A stretch of DNA of 64,000 nucleotides from an uncultured Gemmatimonadota bacterium (GCA_964626665.1 CAZVGK010000012.1:1-64000), one strand, 5' to 3'; numbered from the stretch's first letter, positions 52,904-63,148 are shown. A program made the numbers and translations. Notes: generated by a model not told the origin, from the sequence alone.

Positions 52904-54451
52904 TTAAAGGATATAGAAGAGCAAAATCCCGGCCAAACAAAGGAACATCATTCCCATCCCCAACTTTACCCCCTTCCCCCTTCTCTTCCAGAACTCCGTC
53001 AACCTCTCTGAGGTCATCCCCTTGTAGGCCAGAAGGAAGATAACTACCAGGGGCAGGATAAAACATAGGTTATAAAAGAATAGATAGAGCAGGGCCTTGG
53101 CCTTGAGGGCGGGGACCTTGGTCACAAATATGATGGTGGGCAGGTAAACCTGGCCTGTACAGGCAAACTCCAACAGGGAGATAAAAAAACCAGTAACCAA
53201 AGCGGCAAGGACATAGTTTTTCGCTCGAGAGCGGGTGCGCACCGCCTGGTGTATTCTCCTGTGCAGGAACCCAGGAAGCTTGAGAATAGATTCTTCATAC
53301 TCGCTCTCCCTGTATTTAGCATAGTCGTAAAAACTTAAACCAGCCAAAACCAGGGCCCCAGTTGCAGTAAGTATATAGACTATTCTGGCCACAATGGGCA
53401 TAAAGCTCAGGGATTGAACGAACTTCAGTAGGCCTAACCCCACTATAAAGTAGGTTATGAAAACAGCCAGGGTAAAGGCAGAACCAACGGCGAGTAGCTC
53501 CCTCCCCTTGCGGCCCACAAAGGCCAGATAGGAGATGAAGAAGACTATGGTCACAAAGGCGCAGGGGTTTACCCCGTCCAAGAGACCAGCGGAGATGACC
53601 GTGGTGATCTCCAAGCCCTTGAACCTGCTGATTATCTTCTTCTCTGCCCGCTTCAGCTCCCCTCGGGCCATCTCCCAGGGAGGGGTTGCTTCTACATCCT
53701 TATATTTTTTAATGAGCCTTTCTAAGTTCTTGTCATTCACCTCCATACCTAACAGGTAATCCCCCCCGATGAAGGCCTCCGGGATGGACATCCTTTGGGC
53801 TTCCGGGACATTGTATACCTCCCCCAAGGCCTCCGCCAACCTTTTGCTCTCTGGATCCAGGATGTTAAACTTTCTCACCACCAAATGGGGATATTTACTC
53901 TCCAGGTGCTTTATCCGATATTCAGCCCTGTCACACTCCTTACAGCCAAACTTGTAAAAATAGGCCAGATAGATCTTCTTACTCTCCTGGGCTGGGGGAA
54001 TTTCCCCCATCTCCCCCTCCCCCCAGACAGGTTTTGAGGCATAAACCCCTCCCTGGGTAAGCTCCAAATGGGAGAAGGGAATTCCGGTTGCAGAATACTG
54101 GGAGAGCACCCCCCGCAGTTTTCCTTTTACATCCTGACCGCTGAGCAGGGAATCGCCGATGATGAAGACTGGGATTTCATTCTTCCCCTTCCCATAGGCC
54201 TCTTCCAGGTTCACCAGCACCTGGTAATTGGCTGGGCTGTTCACCTCGAAGTAGCGCAACTGAAGCCTGTCCCCATAGAGGAATTCAATCTTGGGCAGGA
54301 AATTTTTGATGATCACCTGGCAATCCTCGCAATCCTGGGCATAGAAGACATAAAAAGAGAGCTTGGGGCCCTCTTTCCCACTTGCCCAGGAATGGTTGAA
54401 AATCACCAGGAAGAGAAGGGATAATACCCAACCAACTCTGCCCAACCTCAA
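52904..54451 (-). CDS. Two thioredoxin-like CxxC domains fused to a CcdA/DsbD-beta-like membrane domain
   Basis: Signal peptide, CEDC and CKEC each with a downstream (I)P motif, GLLDGVNPCAF and LEFACTGQVY. Confidence 0.8.
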   Translation of the reverse strand: MRLGRVGWVLSLLFLVIFNHSWASGKEGPKLSFYVFYAQDCEDCQVIIKNFLPKIEFLYGDRLQLRYFEVNSPANYQVLVNLEEAYGKGKNEIPVFIIGDSLLSGQDVKGKLRGVLSQYSATGIPFSHLELTQGGVYASKPVWGEGEMGEIPPAQESKKIYLAYFYKFGCKECDRAEYRIKHLESKYPHLVVRKFNILDPESKRLAEALGEVYNVPEAQRMSIPEAFIGGDYLLGMEVNDKNLERLIKKYKDVEATPPWEMARGELKRAEKKIISRFKGLEITTVISAGLLDGVNPCAFVTIVFFISYLAFVGRKGRELLAVGSAFTLAVFITYFIVGLGLLKFVQSLSFMPIVARIVYILTATGALVLAGLSFYDYAKYRESEYEESILKLPGFLHRRIHQAVRTRSRAKNYVLAALVTGFFISLLEFACTGQVYLPTIIFVTKVPALKAKALLYLFFYNLCFILPLVVIFLLAYKGMTSERLTEFWKRRGKGVKLGMGMMFLCLAGILLFYIL

Positions 54452-54630
54452 ATCACCTCCCCCATTTTAGGGTTTTGACCTCCTGATCTTCTTCAGCCTA
54501 TGGCCTTTTTGCTTCTTCTTGTCCAAGATGAGGTGGCAGAACCCCGATTCTGCCACCTTCACCTTTTGCTGGTAGGTGAGGGCACCTGACGGCTTACCGG
54601 TGATGTAATTCCACGAGATTCCAAGATGAA

Positions 54631-55605
54631 CTATTTCTTCCTTATTTTTTGCCCCTTCTTGTACGCCCGAATCAACTCCAAAATCCCCGGATCATCCTTA
54701 ATCTTCTCTTCCAGGAGCTGGGAACGGGATTCAATCGACTCCAGCCTCCTCCGCGGATTTAAGGAAAGGATGAGGTCCCCCGCATAATAGCTCTTTGTAC
54801 CAGCAACTGCCAGATAGGTTTCCCCTACCTTCTCCGGTAGCCCCTCTACCGATCCTATCCTTCCCCCGATTATCAGGTTAATCCCCTCTATCTTCTTGGC
54901 CAGTTCCTGAGATTGGCTCTGCTCCAAATCGGTGAGCACAATCACCAGATCACATTTCCCTCGCAGCTTGTGCACTAAGCGACTGGCAACCTCCGTTGGA
55001 TCGTCCACCACCAGCGGTTTGTCCCCCTGTTGAGGCTTGATCCGCTCGATTGCCGCAGGTGAGGCCAAACCAAATATCCCCACCTTGAGCCCTCCATATC
55101 CAATACCCAGAAAGCTTTTCCCCCCATACCTCTTGATGATATAAGGCCGGGCAAAATGCGACCCCGTATCCTTATACCTGATGTTGGCCGAGATTAGGGG
55201 GAGCTTATACTTGCCCCCCAAATCCTTAAGAAATTTCTCCCCTAAGAAAAAATCCCAGCCGGCTACATTTATGGCATCGTAGCCCAAAAGAGCCATCCCT
55301 CGGGCCATAAATTCAGCCTTCAGCTTGCTGGTCCTACTTCCATAACAGAGGAACTGACTCGCATCAACGGCCAGCAGACAGGCGTTACTAACTCTATTCT
55401 CTTTTATGTATGTGGCTCGCCGAGCCAACCCGCCATAATCATGGCGATGTCCTCAGGTGGGGCAGGGCTCCAGATAACCCCACATATTCCCCGAGTAGAC
55501 GACCTGGACCTTATCTACGGCCACCTGGGGGGAACTGCAGGCCCAAAAGGAGCCCAAGGCCAAAAGCAAAAGGAAGAGTAGCAAAAGGCGCATCTCCCTT
55601 TCCAT
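54631..55605 (-). CDS. UshA-like (metallophosphoesterase-fold) selenoprotein lipoprotein with a CxxU motif; in-frame UGA at 55453-55455
   Basis: ORFs 55453-55683 and 54631-55428 are in the same frame: YSGNMWGYLEPCPT-UGA-GHRHDYGGLARRATY. AGGAGG RBS, lipobox-like FWAC, hairpin after the UGA. Confidence 0.8.
55431..55446 (-). promoter_or_regulatory. Candidate bacterial SECIS hairpin
   Basis: CGCCAU-GAUU-AUGGCG beginning 7 nt after the UGA; loop starts with G. Confidence 0.6.
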
Positions 55606-55679
55606 CGTTATCCTCCTTTCAATTGGAACCCTGGCAAGCCAGAGCTTGTTGAGTTTGATACCCACAATGGGCAAGGCTT

Positions 55680-56078
55680 TCACCCTTGCCCATTCCTGTT
55701 CAACGAAGACGGGTCAAAATTGACCCCCGTTTCCAGGCGCTTACACCTATCCATCACAGCAGAATTAAGACACATCCCCACCTTCTGCAGGTCCTGCTTT
55801 GTCACCTCCTTCCTCTCCATCCAATCCCTTATCGCTGGAGAGAGAACCTGCAGATAGGGATTATCCTCCAGGGAATAGAAGACCCATTTCCCCTCTCTCC
55901 TGTCCTTAACCAAACCTGCCCCCCTTAGTATCCGCAGTTGGTGGGAGATATTCGACTGGGAGGCCCCCAAAACATTCTCCAGCTCACAGACACACAACTC
56001 CCCTTCCATAAGTAATCTTACCATCCGCAATCGGTTAGGATCGGAAAGGGCCTTAAAGATTTCGCCCAAGTCCCTCAT
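55680..56078 (-). CDS. ArsR/SmtB family metalloregulator
   Basis: FKALSDPNRL, ELCVCEL, SQSNISHQLRIL, REGKWVFYSL. Confidence 0.93.
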   Translation of the reverse strand: MRDLGEIFKALSDPNRLRMVRLLMEGELCVCELENVLGASQSNISHQLRILRGAGLVKDRREGKWVFYSLEDNPYLQVLSPAIRDWMERKEVTKQDLQKVGMCLNSAVMDRCKRLETGVNFDPSSLNRNGQG

Positions 56079-56176
56079 CTAAGAAGATATGAAGATTCTT
56101 TCATAAGTTAATAAACCTCTCCCCCCAAGTCAAGGGGAAAATGAAATCCCTCTAGCCTCCTTCATAAGGCAACTTC

Positions 56177-56538
56177 CTCTGTGCAGGACAAAAATCCCCC
56201 GGAAATGGATTAATCATTTGAGATAATTGTTGTTAGTTAAAAAATTGTTTGACATTTCGTGAATAATATGCTCAGTTATGACGTCGGGAAATACTTCTTT
56301 AATAGGAGATAGCGCCATGACTGAGATTGAAATCATAAAGAAAGCCTTCAAAGATCATCTGAAATGGAACGCTGCAAGAATAGGCTTCTTAGCCAACTTT
56401 CTTATTGCACTTTTGAAGGTCAGAAGTGTCAATTTAGTTGAGATTGCAACTGCCTTTTCCAGAAAAGCCAAGAAAGAGTCGAACTATAAACGTCTACAGC
56501 GATTCTTCAGATTTTTTCCTATTGATTTTTCAACTATT
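56177..56538 (+). mobile_element. 5' remnant of an IS4-family element, truncated by a second IS
   Basis: End-like ctgtgcaggacaaaaa; ORF fragment MTEIE...WNAARIGFLANFLIALLKVRSVNL...SNYKRLQRFF, cut at 56539. Confidence 0.65.
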
Positions 56539-58210
56539 AGAGGCTGTTTAAAAATTGCCTCTGAATTTGAGTTAACTATTTAATTTCAAAGAAGTTCTTT
56601 GAAAAAAATTTACTTTTCCCTCTAAAAAAGGTTGACTTTGATGAAAATTTGATTATATTATTGCTTGTTAATAGTCAAAGCTTCAACCTTTAAGGAGGTA
56701 AGAAATGAGCCAAAGTCATCAACTGTCGTTCATCAGGATCTATGATAAAGAGGTTGATCCTGACTTAGAACGGTTGGATGAGCTGATCAATGATGAGGCC
56801 ATCGATGCAGCCTTCTCCTATAAGATAGCCTGGCGGGGAAGAAAACTTGTCCCTATCTCCAGGAAGGTGCGAGCCCATATCCTCAAGGCAATCAAGAGGA
56901 TTCCCTCCTTCAATCAGCTCTGTAGGGAGCTCAAGCAGCGAAAGGCCTATCGGAGATTCTGCCATCTAAAGAGCAAGAAGGATGGCTTCTGTCCTGCTAC
57001 CTTGACCAACTTCCGCCAGGATTTCTCCTTCCGGGATCGGCTCACCCTGATCTCTATCTTCATCAAGACTGCTGACTCCCTGGGCTTCTTCCAGAACTGC
57101 TCTCAGTTGCATATCACCGACTCCACAGAGATGGAGTCCCCTTGTCGCTGGGAGCCTATTGAGGTTATAGAGGTCAATGGATGTAAGGTGGAGGTGTTCC
57201 GAGACCCCACAGCCAGTAGAGGGAAGCGCGCAGCCAAGAAGGGCAAGAGCCGTTTCCTGGTGGGCCATAGGAAGCACTCCTTAGCTATTCTCCTGCCCAA
57301 CAACAAGGTGGTTACCCTCATTTCAATTGTTGCTCCCGCCCATCAGCAGGATGTCCATTTCCTTCTGCCCCTTTTATATCTGGCCCAGGCCTTGGGGCTT
57401 GAGGTAAAGTATGTGGTGGCAGACTTGGCCTACATAGACTCTGAGCGCAAGAGGGTGGCCAAGGAGAGGTTTGGGGTAGTGGTTCATACCGACAAGAAGG
57501 TAAACAGCCGCCTGCCTGAGATGGTTGATGAGAGAGGTGCTCCCTATTGTATTATGGGGGAGAACCTCCAGTGGTTGGGCCTTGACCAGGAAAGCGGGCT
57601 GCACTATTATGGGTGTGGATTGGATGAGCCAAAGGATTGTCCCCTCTATGGGGGATGTGAGAAGCTAAGGGTGATTGACTCTGCCCAATACCCGGTGGCC
57701 TTTGGCCAGATCCCTGTTCACCTTAAAGTGGGCCAGAAGATGCTGAGGGCAAGGAAGTTGAAGGAGCCCGGTTTCTGGCGGGATAGGAATAAGGGTGGAT
57801 TAGACAGGATTAGCTTGTTGAACAAGGATAATGCTCACTTCTTAGCAGTGATTGCCGATGTCTGTGATCTTTTGGACTCTCTGGCAATTTTCTTAGAAAG
57901 CAAAAGGTCACTTCAGAAGAAGACAGCTTAAGGCTGGTTTATAGGCAGTAGCCCAGAGGGGTCAGTCAGAAGGGGGTTTCTCCCACAAAGAGGGAGCGGT
58001 TGAACTTTCTATCCTCAAGAGGATAGAAATCCGCCTTATAAGAGCTAAAGATGGGATAACTTTGCCTTCTGGCGGAGCCCTTGAGCACTTTACTGCTTAC
58101 ATATGTCAAAGAGCGGCAATTCCAGGGTCTTGATTTTTTTCAAAAAAGGCCTGAATGCCAAATGGGTACCTCTAATCCCAAGAGGAAAATTCTATTTTTA
58201 AACAGCCTCT
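56539..58210 (+). mobile_element. Complete IS (IS1182/IS5-like, 1672 bp) with perfect 17-bp terminal inverted repeats
   Basis: AGAGGCTGTTTAAAAAT at 56539-56555 and ATTTTTAAACAGCCTCT at 58194-58210. Confidence 0.85.
56705..57931 (+). CDS. DDE transposase
   Basis: N-terminal AYRRFC...PATLTNFR, ITDST, VVADLAY, Cys-rich insert; lies within the TIRs. Confidence 0.85.
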   Translation: MSQSHQLSFIRIYDKEVDPDLERLDELINDEAIDAAFSYKIAWRGRKLVPISRKVRAHILKAIKRIPSFNQLCRELKQRKAYRRFCHLKSKKDGFCPATLTNFRQDFSFRDRLTLISIFIKTADSLGFFQNCSQLHITDSTEMESPCRWEPIEVIEVNGCKVEVFRDPTASRGKRAAKKGKSRFLVGHRKHSLAILLPNNKVVTLISIVAPAHQQDVHFLLPLLYLAQALGLEVKYVVADLAYIDSERKRVAKERFGVVVHTDKKVNSRLPEMVDERGAPYCIMGENLQWLGLDQESGLHYYGCGLDEPKDCPLYGGCEKLRVIDSAQYPVAFGQIPVHLKVGQKMLRARKLKEPGFWRDRNKGGLDRISLLNKDNAHFLAVIADVCDLLDSLAIFLESKRSLQKKTA

Positions 58211-58375
58211 TTAAAAGAAACGGTCAAGGCAAATCAATTTGACAAAAAAACAATCCTCCCGTAAGGTAAAGAAAAACAACAAAATATAACAGGAAGATTA
58301 AATTGTATAGCCTAAAAAAATATCTGAAAGGTTGATCCCTAAAATTTATAAGGTAGCCAAAGCTAAGGAGGCCAT

Positions 58376-58804
58376 TGGGGTCAAACCTTTAATTACTAAT
58401 TTAGGTTTCCATCGGAGGTGGCATGTCCCCATCCGGGCAGCTAATGTAGGGACAAACCTTTAGATTTGTCCGCATTCGGACAGAGCTAAAGCTCTGTCCC
58501 TACGGCTATTCTGAGCCTCCTGGTTAAAAGAAAAACCGAGCTGCATTCAAGTAAACACTATGGCAGATCGGCTGTTTCTTCCTATTGGACTCCAGCTTGG
58601 AAACATGCTGAAGAGCTATTGTTTTCGCTTCCCGACTCCTTCTCACCCAATTCTGTCTTGTCTAAGCTCAAGGTATTTTCGTCATCAGAAGCCCCTTCTT
58701 AAGAACACTTAAAAATAACGAATCACGCCTCACCTGTCAAGACCTTTCTCCCTTTTCCTCCCTGACGGAAGGGGCTTTAATTGGTAATTAAGGGTTTGAC
58801 CCCA
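58376..58804. repeat. Segment bounded by 26-bp inverted repeats TGGGGTCAAACC(T/C)TTAATTAC(T/C)AATT, containing a GTAGGGACA...TGTCCCTAC REP doublet
   Basis: 24/26 identity between 58376-58401 and the reverse complement of 58779-58804; REP at 58446-58503 related to 46371-46398. Confidence 0.7.
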
Positions 58805-59052
58805 CTCCGTTCATTTGAGGCATTCCTCTTCGCGCGTAACCGTTTAGCATGGGCAATTTCTATTTCATCTCTATGTTTATTGGCTTCTTCGACACTTCTA
58901 AATTTAAAGATTCCTTTAGGATAACTTATTGAAGATAACTCATTCGCAAATTCCCAGAGCTCTCCAACTTTATCATAGTATTTCTCATCAGGGTTGAAAT
59001 TCCAAAGAGCTTTTTCTGCTTCTTCAAATGTTTTGTATTTATAAATTGGCAT
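58777..59052 (-). CDS. Small hypothetical protein paired with the nucleotidyltransferase
   Basis: MPIYKYKTFEEAEKALW...GIFKFRSVEEA (internal repeat); GGAG RBS. Confidence 0.7.
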   Translation of the reverse strand: MPIYKYKTFEEAEKALWNFNPDEKYYDKVGELWEFANELSSISYPKGIFKFRSVEEANKHRDEIEIAHAKRLRAKRNASNERSGVKPLITN

Positions 59053-59069
59053 AGTATTCTCCTTCAGAA

Positions 59070-59558
59070 TTAGTTTTTTTTGTTTTGACTCGATCCTTTA
59101 TCAATGATAATTTCTTTCAAAAATTGAGCATCTATTTTATCCCTATATCGTAAGCTATCCTTCTTTAAGCTATATAACATTTCTGGTGTGGCGATTTTTA
59201 CTTTTACATCTTGGTATTCAATAATTTCATATTCCAAATCTTTAAATGATACAGCTTCACCAAGTCGGCTCATGATGTCTATATAAAAGCCATTAGGTGT
59301 TCCATAACGTATGACAGGATAATTTTGTAACTCATTTAAAGTAATTTCTTCAATAGAGGTATCATTAAATACTGAAATTAAAGCTTTCTTGAGATTTTCA
59401 ATATTCTTAGATACCATTTTGATAAATAGGTCTATATCTCGAGTCAATCTTTCCATACCATGAAGAATTACAGCAACCCCACCGATCAAAACATAATCAA
59501 CGTTATGTTCATCAAGTGCTTTTAGCACTGATATAAATTCCTTAAACTGATTTGCCAT
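59070..59558 (-). CDS. Nucleotidyltransferase-fold protein (DUF6036-like)
   Basis: YVLIGGVAVILHG..RLTRDIDL, and K..R..D..D at the C-terminus; AT-rich. Confidence 0.8.
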   Translation of the reverse strand: MANQFKEFISVLKALDEHNVDYVLIGGVAVILHGMERLTRDIDLFIKMVSKNIENLKKALISVFNDTSIEEITLNELQNYPVIRYGTPNGFYIDIMSRLGEAVSFKDLEYEIIEYQDVKVKIATPEMLYSLKKDSLRYRDKIDAQFLKEIIIDKGSSQNKKN

Positions 59559-59784
59559 AGGAGTCTTTTGTTTTCGTTATTCTCGCTATCCATTTACAGT
59601 GACACTCGAAGGTGGCTAACAATGACGTTTCGGAGCTTCTAAGAAGCTCCGAAACGTGAACTGATACTACAGGCCCCGCCTTCTGCATCGGCTCATCTAT
59701 GTATAAGATAGCATACCTCTTCCCCTGTGTCAAGTTGTGATTAGCTATAATTTGGCTGATGACCCTACTCTCGCTCAGGGAGAG

Positions 59785-60708
59785 CTAGAAGACCGGGAAT
59801 TTGGCCATCACTGGCCGGTGGTCAGACACCTCCTGGAGGTAGTTGAGCATCTCGTCATCGATTCGAAGAGTAGTGGTCTTCCCTCCTGTATATTCGTCAA
59901 AGGCATCCCTGGAGATGAGGATATGGTCGATGAGGCTGGAGTAACGGGGATAGGAGGCGAGGTGGGGATTTTTGGTTAGGGGACTGGTGAGAAACCGGTA
60001 GTTGAGGGAATCCTCGATGAAGACGGTGAAGGCGTTCTCGCCTGAAGGATCGTCGATCCGGTCGTTCCAATCGCCGGCCACCACGAAATCTTTCTCAGCA
60101 GAGGAGGCCACCTGGGAATCGATGTACCCCTTCAACTTCTGGGCCGCCTCTTGGCGCCGGCTAAGATCAACTGAGTCAGTCCCCGCCTTCAGATGGATGA
60201 CTATAAGGCGAAAATCGAAAATCTTCCCATCCTTTTGGGCGACAACTGTCATCTCTAAAGGGGGACGAGGGAAAGCATTTCTATCATTGGTGAAAATTTG
60301 ACCGACATTTTCGATAGAGATCAAACCCTCTTTATAGATAACGCCGGTTTTCTGGTATCCCCCCCAGTAGTAGATGTCGCTGGAGTAGAGGCCATCGTAC
60401 TCCTCAAGATCCCTGAGAAGCTGTTGGAAGGCCATGGTATCGCTGATCTCCTGGATGGCGAAGAGGTCAACGTCGAGGCCCATGATGATCTGTCGAACCT
60501 CCCCCACCGTGGCCTGTCCGGCGAGAGGGAAGTTCTTGATATTCCAGGTGACGATCTCCAAAGTTTCCTCCTCTCCACGAGGTATCACCGAAAGAGCTGG
60601 CTTTTTCTCCCGACGGCCGCAGGAGTTGGCCAAGAGGTTGGCCGCCAGCAAGGGGAAAAGCAGATACCGGAACAGGAGGGTTCTACATCTTTTGGTCTCT
60701 TTATCCAT
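59785..60708 (-). CDS. Endonuclease/exonuclease/phosphatase family lipoprotein
   Basis: VTWNI, IQEI, FPRPP, IHLKA, AGDWN, LIDHILIS, SDHRPV; lipobox-like ANSC. Confidence 0.88.
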   Translation of the reverse strand: MDKETKRCRTLLFRYLLFPLLAANLLANSCGRREKKPALSVIPRGEEETLEIVTWNIKNFPLAGQATVGEVRQIIMGLDVDLFAIQEISDTMAFQQLLRDLEEYDGLYSSDIYYWGGYQKTGVIYKEGLISIENVGQIFTNDRNAFPRPPLEMTVVAQKDGKIFDFRLIVIHLKAGTDSVDLSRRQEAAQKLKGYIDSQVASSAEKDFVVAGDWNDRIDDPSGENAFTVFIEDSLNYRFLTSPLTKNPHLASYPRYSSLIDHILISRDAFDEYTGGKTTTLRIDDEMLNYLQEVSDHRPVMAKFPVF

Positions 60709-61055
60709 CCTCACCCTATCGCCAGTCCATTTTACCCGAATTATTCTCAGTGCGGCAAAACCGCAACCAAACACCAGCCACAGATTACACGGATTTCACG
60801 GAAAAAAGGAGATGGGGGTCTGGCCTTGACATTAGACAAATTTTTGCTGATCTCCTCTCTCACATACTCTGGTTACGGTTGAATAGTTAATATTGCCACA
60901 AAGCTGACTTGTCTGCCTATTTGAGCCTGTTCAATGTTTTAACACATCACCTGCGATTTTCTCCATCAGGGCAGGCGCCTTACCAGCACAGGAAATCTCA
61001 AGGAGTTATGCAATTCCCTGGTGATTTATGAATAGATGGGGCAAAAGAAGCAGAC

Positions 61056-61457
61056 CTAAGTAAGTGAGTTCTTCACCAGCATAAGCAGGCCGTTTTCAAA
61101 ATCAAGAATCACCCTCTTAAAATGTCGTAAGTAATTCAATCCAATAACGCCATCGATCCCATGTTCTTCTGGGATTGTATAGCTTAATGCTTCTATATTT
61201 TCCACTTTGACCCCAGAGAGGCTAATGGATTTAAGAACAACCTTGGGAACGAGGTGACTCTGCGAAGCATCAGTGAAAGTAACGTTCTTTTTCTCCTTCG
61301 AGAGGTCATAACCTATATTTTTCAAAGCCTCTTCGGACAAAACGATCATAGAGGCACCGGTATCAAGGGCGAGTACTAAAGTTGCACTTCTCTTGTATTC
61401 AACGAAACATTCAAAGGTCAAAACATTTGCCCTGGGATCAAATGGAGCTGGCTTCAT
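61056..61457 (-). CDS. Retropepsin-like (clan AA) aspartic protease
   Basis: LDTGAS, DGVIGLNYL. Confidence 0.88.
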   Translation of the reverse strand: MKPAPFDPRANVLTFECFVEYKRSATLVLALDTGASMIVLSEEALKNIGYDLSKEKKNVTFTDASQSHLVPKVVLKSISLSGVKVENIEALSYTIPEEHGIDGVIGLNYLRHFKRVILDFENGLLMLVKNSLT

Positions 61458-61681
61458 AAAACTGAGACCATCCCTTTCCTTGGCCGATCACCAGTGTACA
61501 CAATGTAAAAATGGGGACAAGGATTTTTGCCTAAGAATTCATAGATCGCCGCTCGACTTGGACTATGGGCTAACAACTTCCCTCGAACGGGGTTTTTCAA
61601 CTCATCTGTTTCTTGAACCTCAAATAAAAGCCATTCATCCTTGAATTGATTTTTAATTTGGTTAATGTCGCCCTGATCCAT
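61454..61681 (-). CDS. Small protein (DUF5678-like), coupled to the aspartic protease
   Basis: FKDEWLL...GKLLAHSP; ATGA overlap with the protease start. Confidence 0.65.
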   Translation of the reverse strand: MDQGDINQIKNQFKDEWLLFEVQETDELKNPVRGKLLAHSPSRAAIYEFLGKNPCPHFYIVYTGDRPRKGMVSVL

Positions 61682-61918
61682 ATTTGAATCGCCTCCCATT
61701 TGTTTTAATTATAGCAAAAAAACGCAGGAAAATCAAGAAAAACATTTTTCACCTAAAATTGTGGTCCAAGACAAGATCAAAGCCGTCAAATCGTCCAATC
61801 TGCCTCTGGCAGAAGTGAGTTCTACCATCATCTTGAAGAGCCGATGTCTTGGAGCGAATAGAGGAGTCAGAATGGGGTTCTGACGCCTCTATTTGAAAAG
61901 CTTCTTCTGATCAGTTGC

Positions 61919-63148
61919 CTACTTACAGAGATCCTTGTATTTGCTCATATCATAGAAAAAGGAATCCTGAGATGTAGGGATGAATTGGAAGTTATACTCC
62001 ATCTTGTTGCGGGCATCGCTTCCCCATTGAGGATCGTTCTTTGCCTTCCGGAACTCCCTGTAGGCACAGTGGGAGAGGACCTTTCCCTCTATCTTCATCT
62101 TCCCCTTGGGGCTAATAAAGGCCTTGGCCTGCTTTTCATAGATCTCACCCAGCACATAAAATGAGTAAGGGTTATGAGAATCGATCCTCCGCGCTTTCCG
62201 CACCCAGGTTTTAGCCTGAGCATAGTTGCCCAGCATATTGTAGGCAGAGGCTAAATCACAATATATCTTTGGTTCCTGGGGGTTTAACTTCGCTGCCTCC
62301 TTCTCATACCGAATTGCTTCCTGATACCTTTTCAGTCCATGTAGGGCAACTCCCAGGTAGGAATAGGCTTTGTAATTCCGGTCGTCAAGCTTGATCAGCT
62401 CCTGGAGGATCTTTACGGCCTTAGTATATTTTCCCACTTTATCATAGGCCTTACCCAGTTTCAGGGCTACCTCCGTATCCCGAGGCTTTGATTGATGGAG
62501 TTTCTCCAGTGTTTTTATTCTTTCTTCAATCTGGCCAAATTGGGCATAGAGTTTTTCCAGGATAGCTTGCGCAGCGCTGTTTTCCGGATTAATCTCCACC
62601 GCCTTTTCATAAAGGGGGATGGCCTCCTCCTTCCTACCTACCTTGACCAAGAGGTTGGCTAAGCGAAGGATGTTGTCCTCCTGCTCCGGATTGAGGTCAT
62701 AGACCTTTTTGTAAAGCGATATGGCCTCTTCATTCTTCTCCTTCCCCTCATATATATATCCCAGGGCTATATAGAAGGGGGCATAATCTGAAAACTTGTC
62801 AATGGCCTCCTGATAGGTTTTTTCACCCTGAGATGTATCTCCCAGACTACAATAGCTATTAGCCAAGAGACTATAGGCTTTCCGATGGTCAGGTTTTAGT
62901 TCCAAAACCCTCTTAAAGTGGGGGATGGCATCGTGATAGTTCTTCATCTTGTAGTATTCATATGCCGTGCTGAACTCCTTCTTTATCTCAAACTCCCTTT
63001 GAGCCTTTTTCACCTCTAAGGTATCAGGTTGGGAAACTTCCGTCTCTTCTGTCTTGTATTCCATCTGGGTGGAGGCGCAGCCTAAAAGACCAATTAAGGA
63101 AATGGCCTCTATTCCCCAAAGAATAAAGTTTGCTTGCTGCTTGCACAT
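61919..63148 (-). CDS. TPR-repeat lipoprotein
   Basis: LLGC lipobox and multiple TPRs. Confidence 0.85.
   Translation of the reverse strand: MCKQQANFILWGIEAISLIGLLGCASTQMEYKTEETEVSQPDTLEVKKAQREFEIKKEFSTAYEYYKMKNYHDAIPHFKRVLELKPDHRKAYSLLANSYCSLGDTSQGEKTYQEAIDKFSDYAPFYIALGYIYEGKEKNEEAISLYKKVYDLNPEQEDNILRLANLLVKVGRKEEAIPLYEKAVEINPENSAAQAILEKLYAQFGQIEERIKTLEKLHQSKPRDTEVALKLGKAYDKVGKYTKAVKILQELIKLDDRNYKAYSYLGVALHGLKRYQEAIRYEKEAAKLNPQEPKIYCDLASAYNMLGNYAQAKTWVRKARRIDSHNPYSFYVLGEIYEKQAKAFISPKGKMKIEGKVLSHCAYREFRKAKNDPQWGSDARNKMEYNFQFIPTSQDSFFYDMSKYKDLCK

Noticed and set aside
55453-55683. 76-aa ORF as an independent gene or a nonsense pseudogene
   Set aside because: Better explained as the N-terminus of a UGA-recoded selenoprotein continuing in frame
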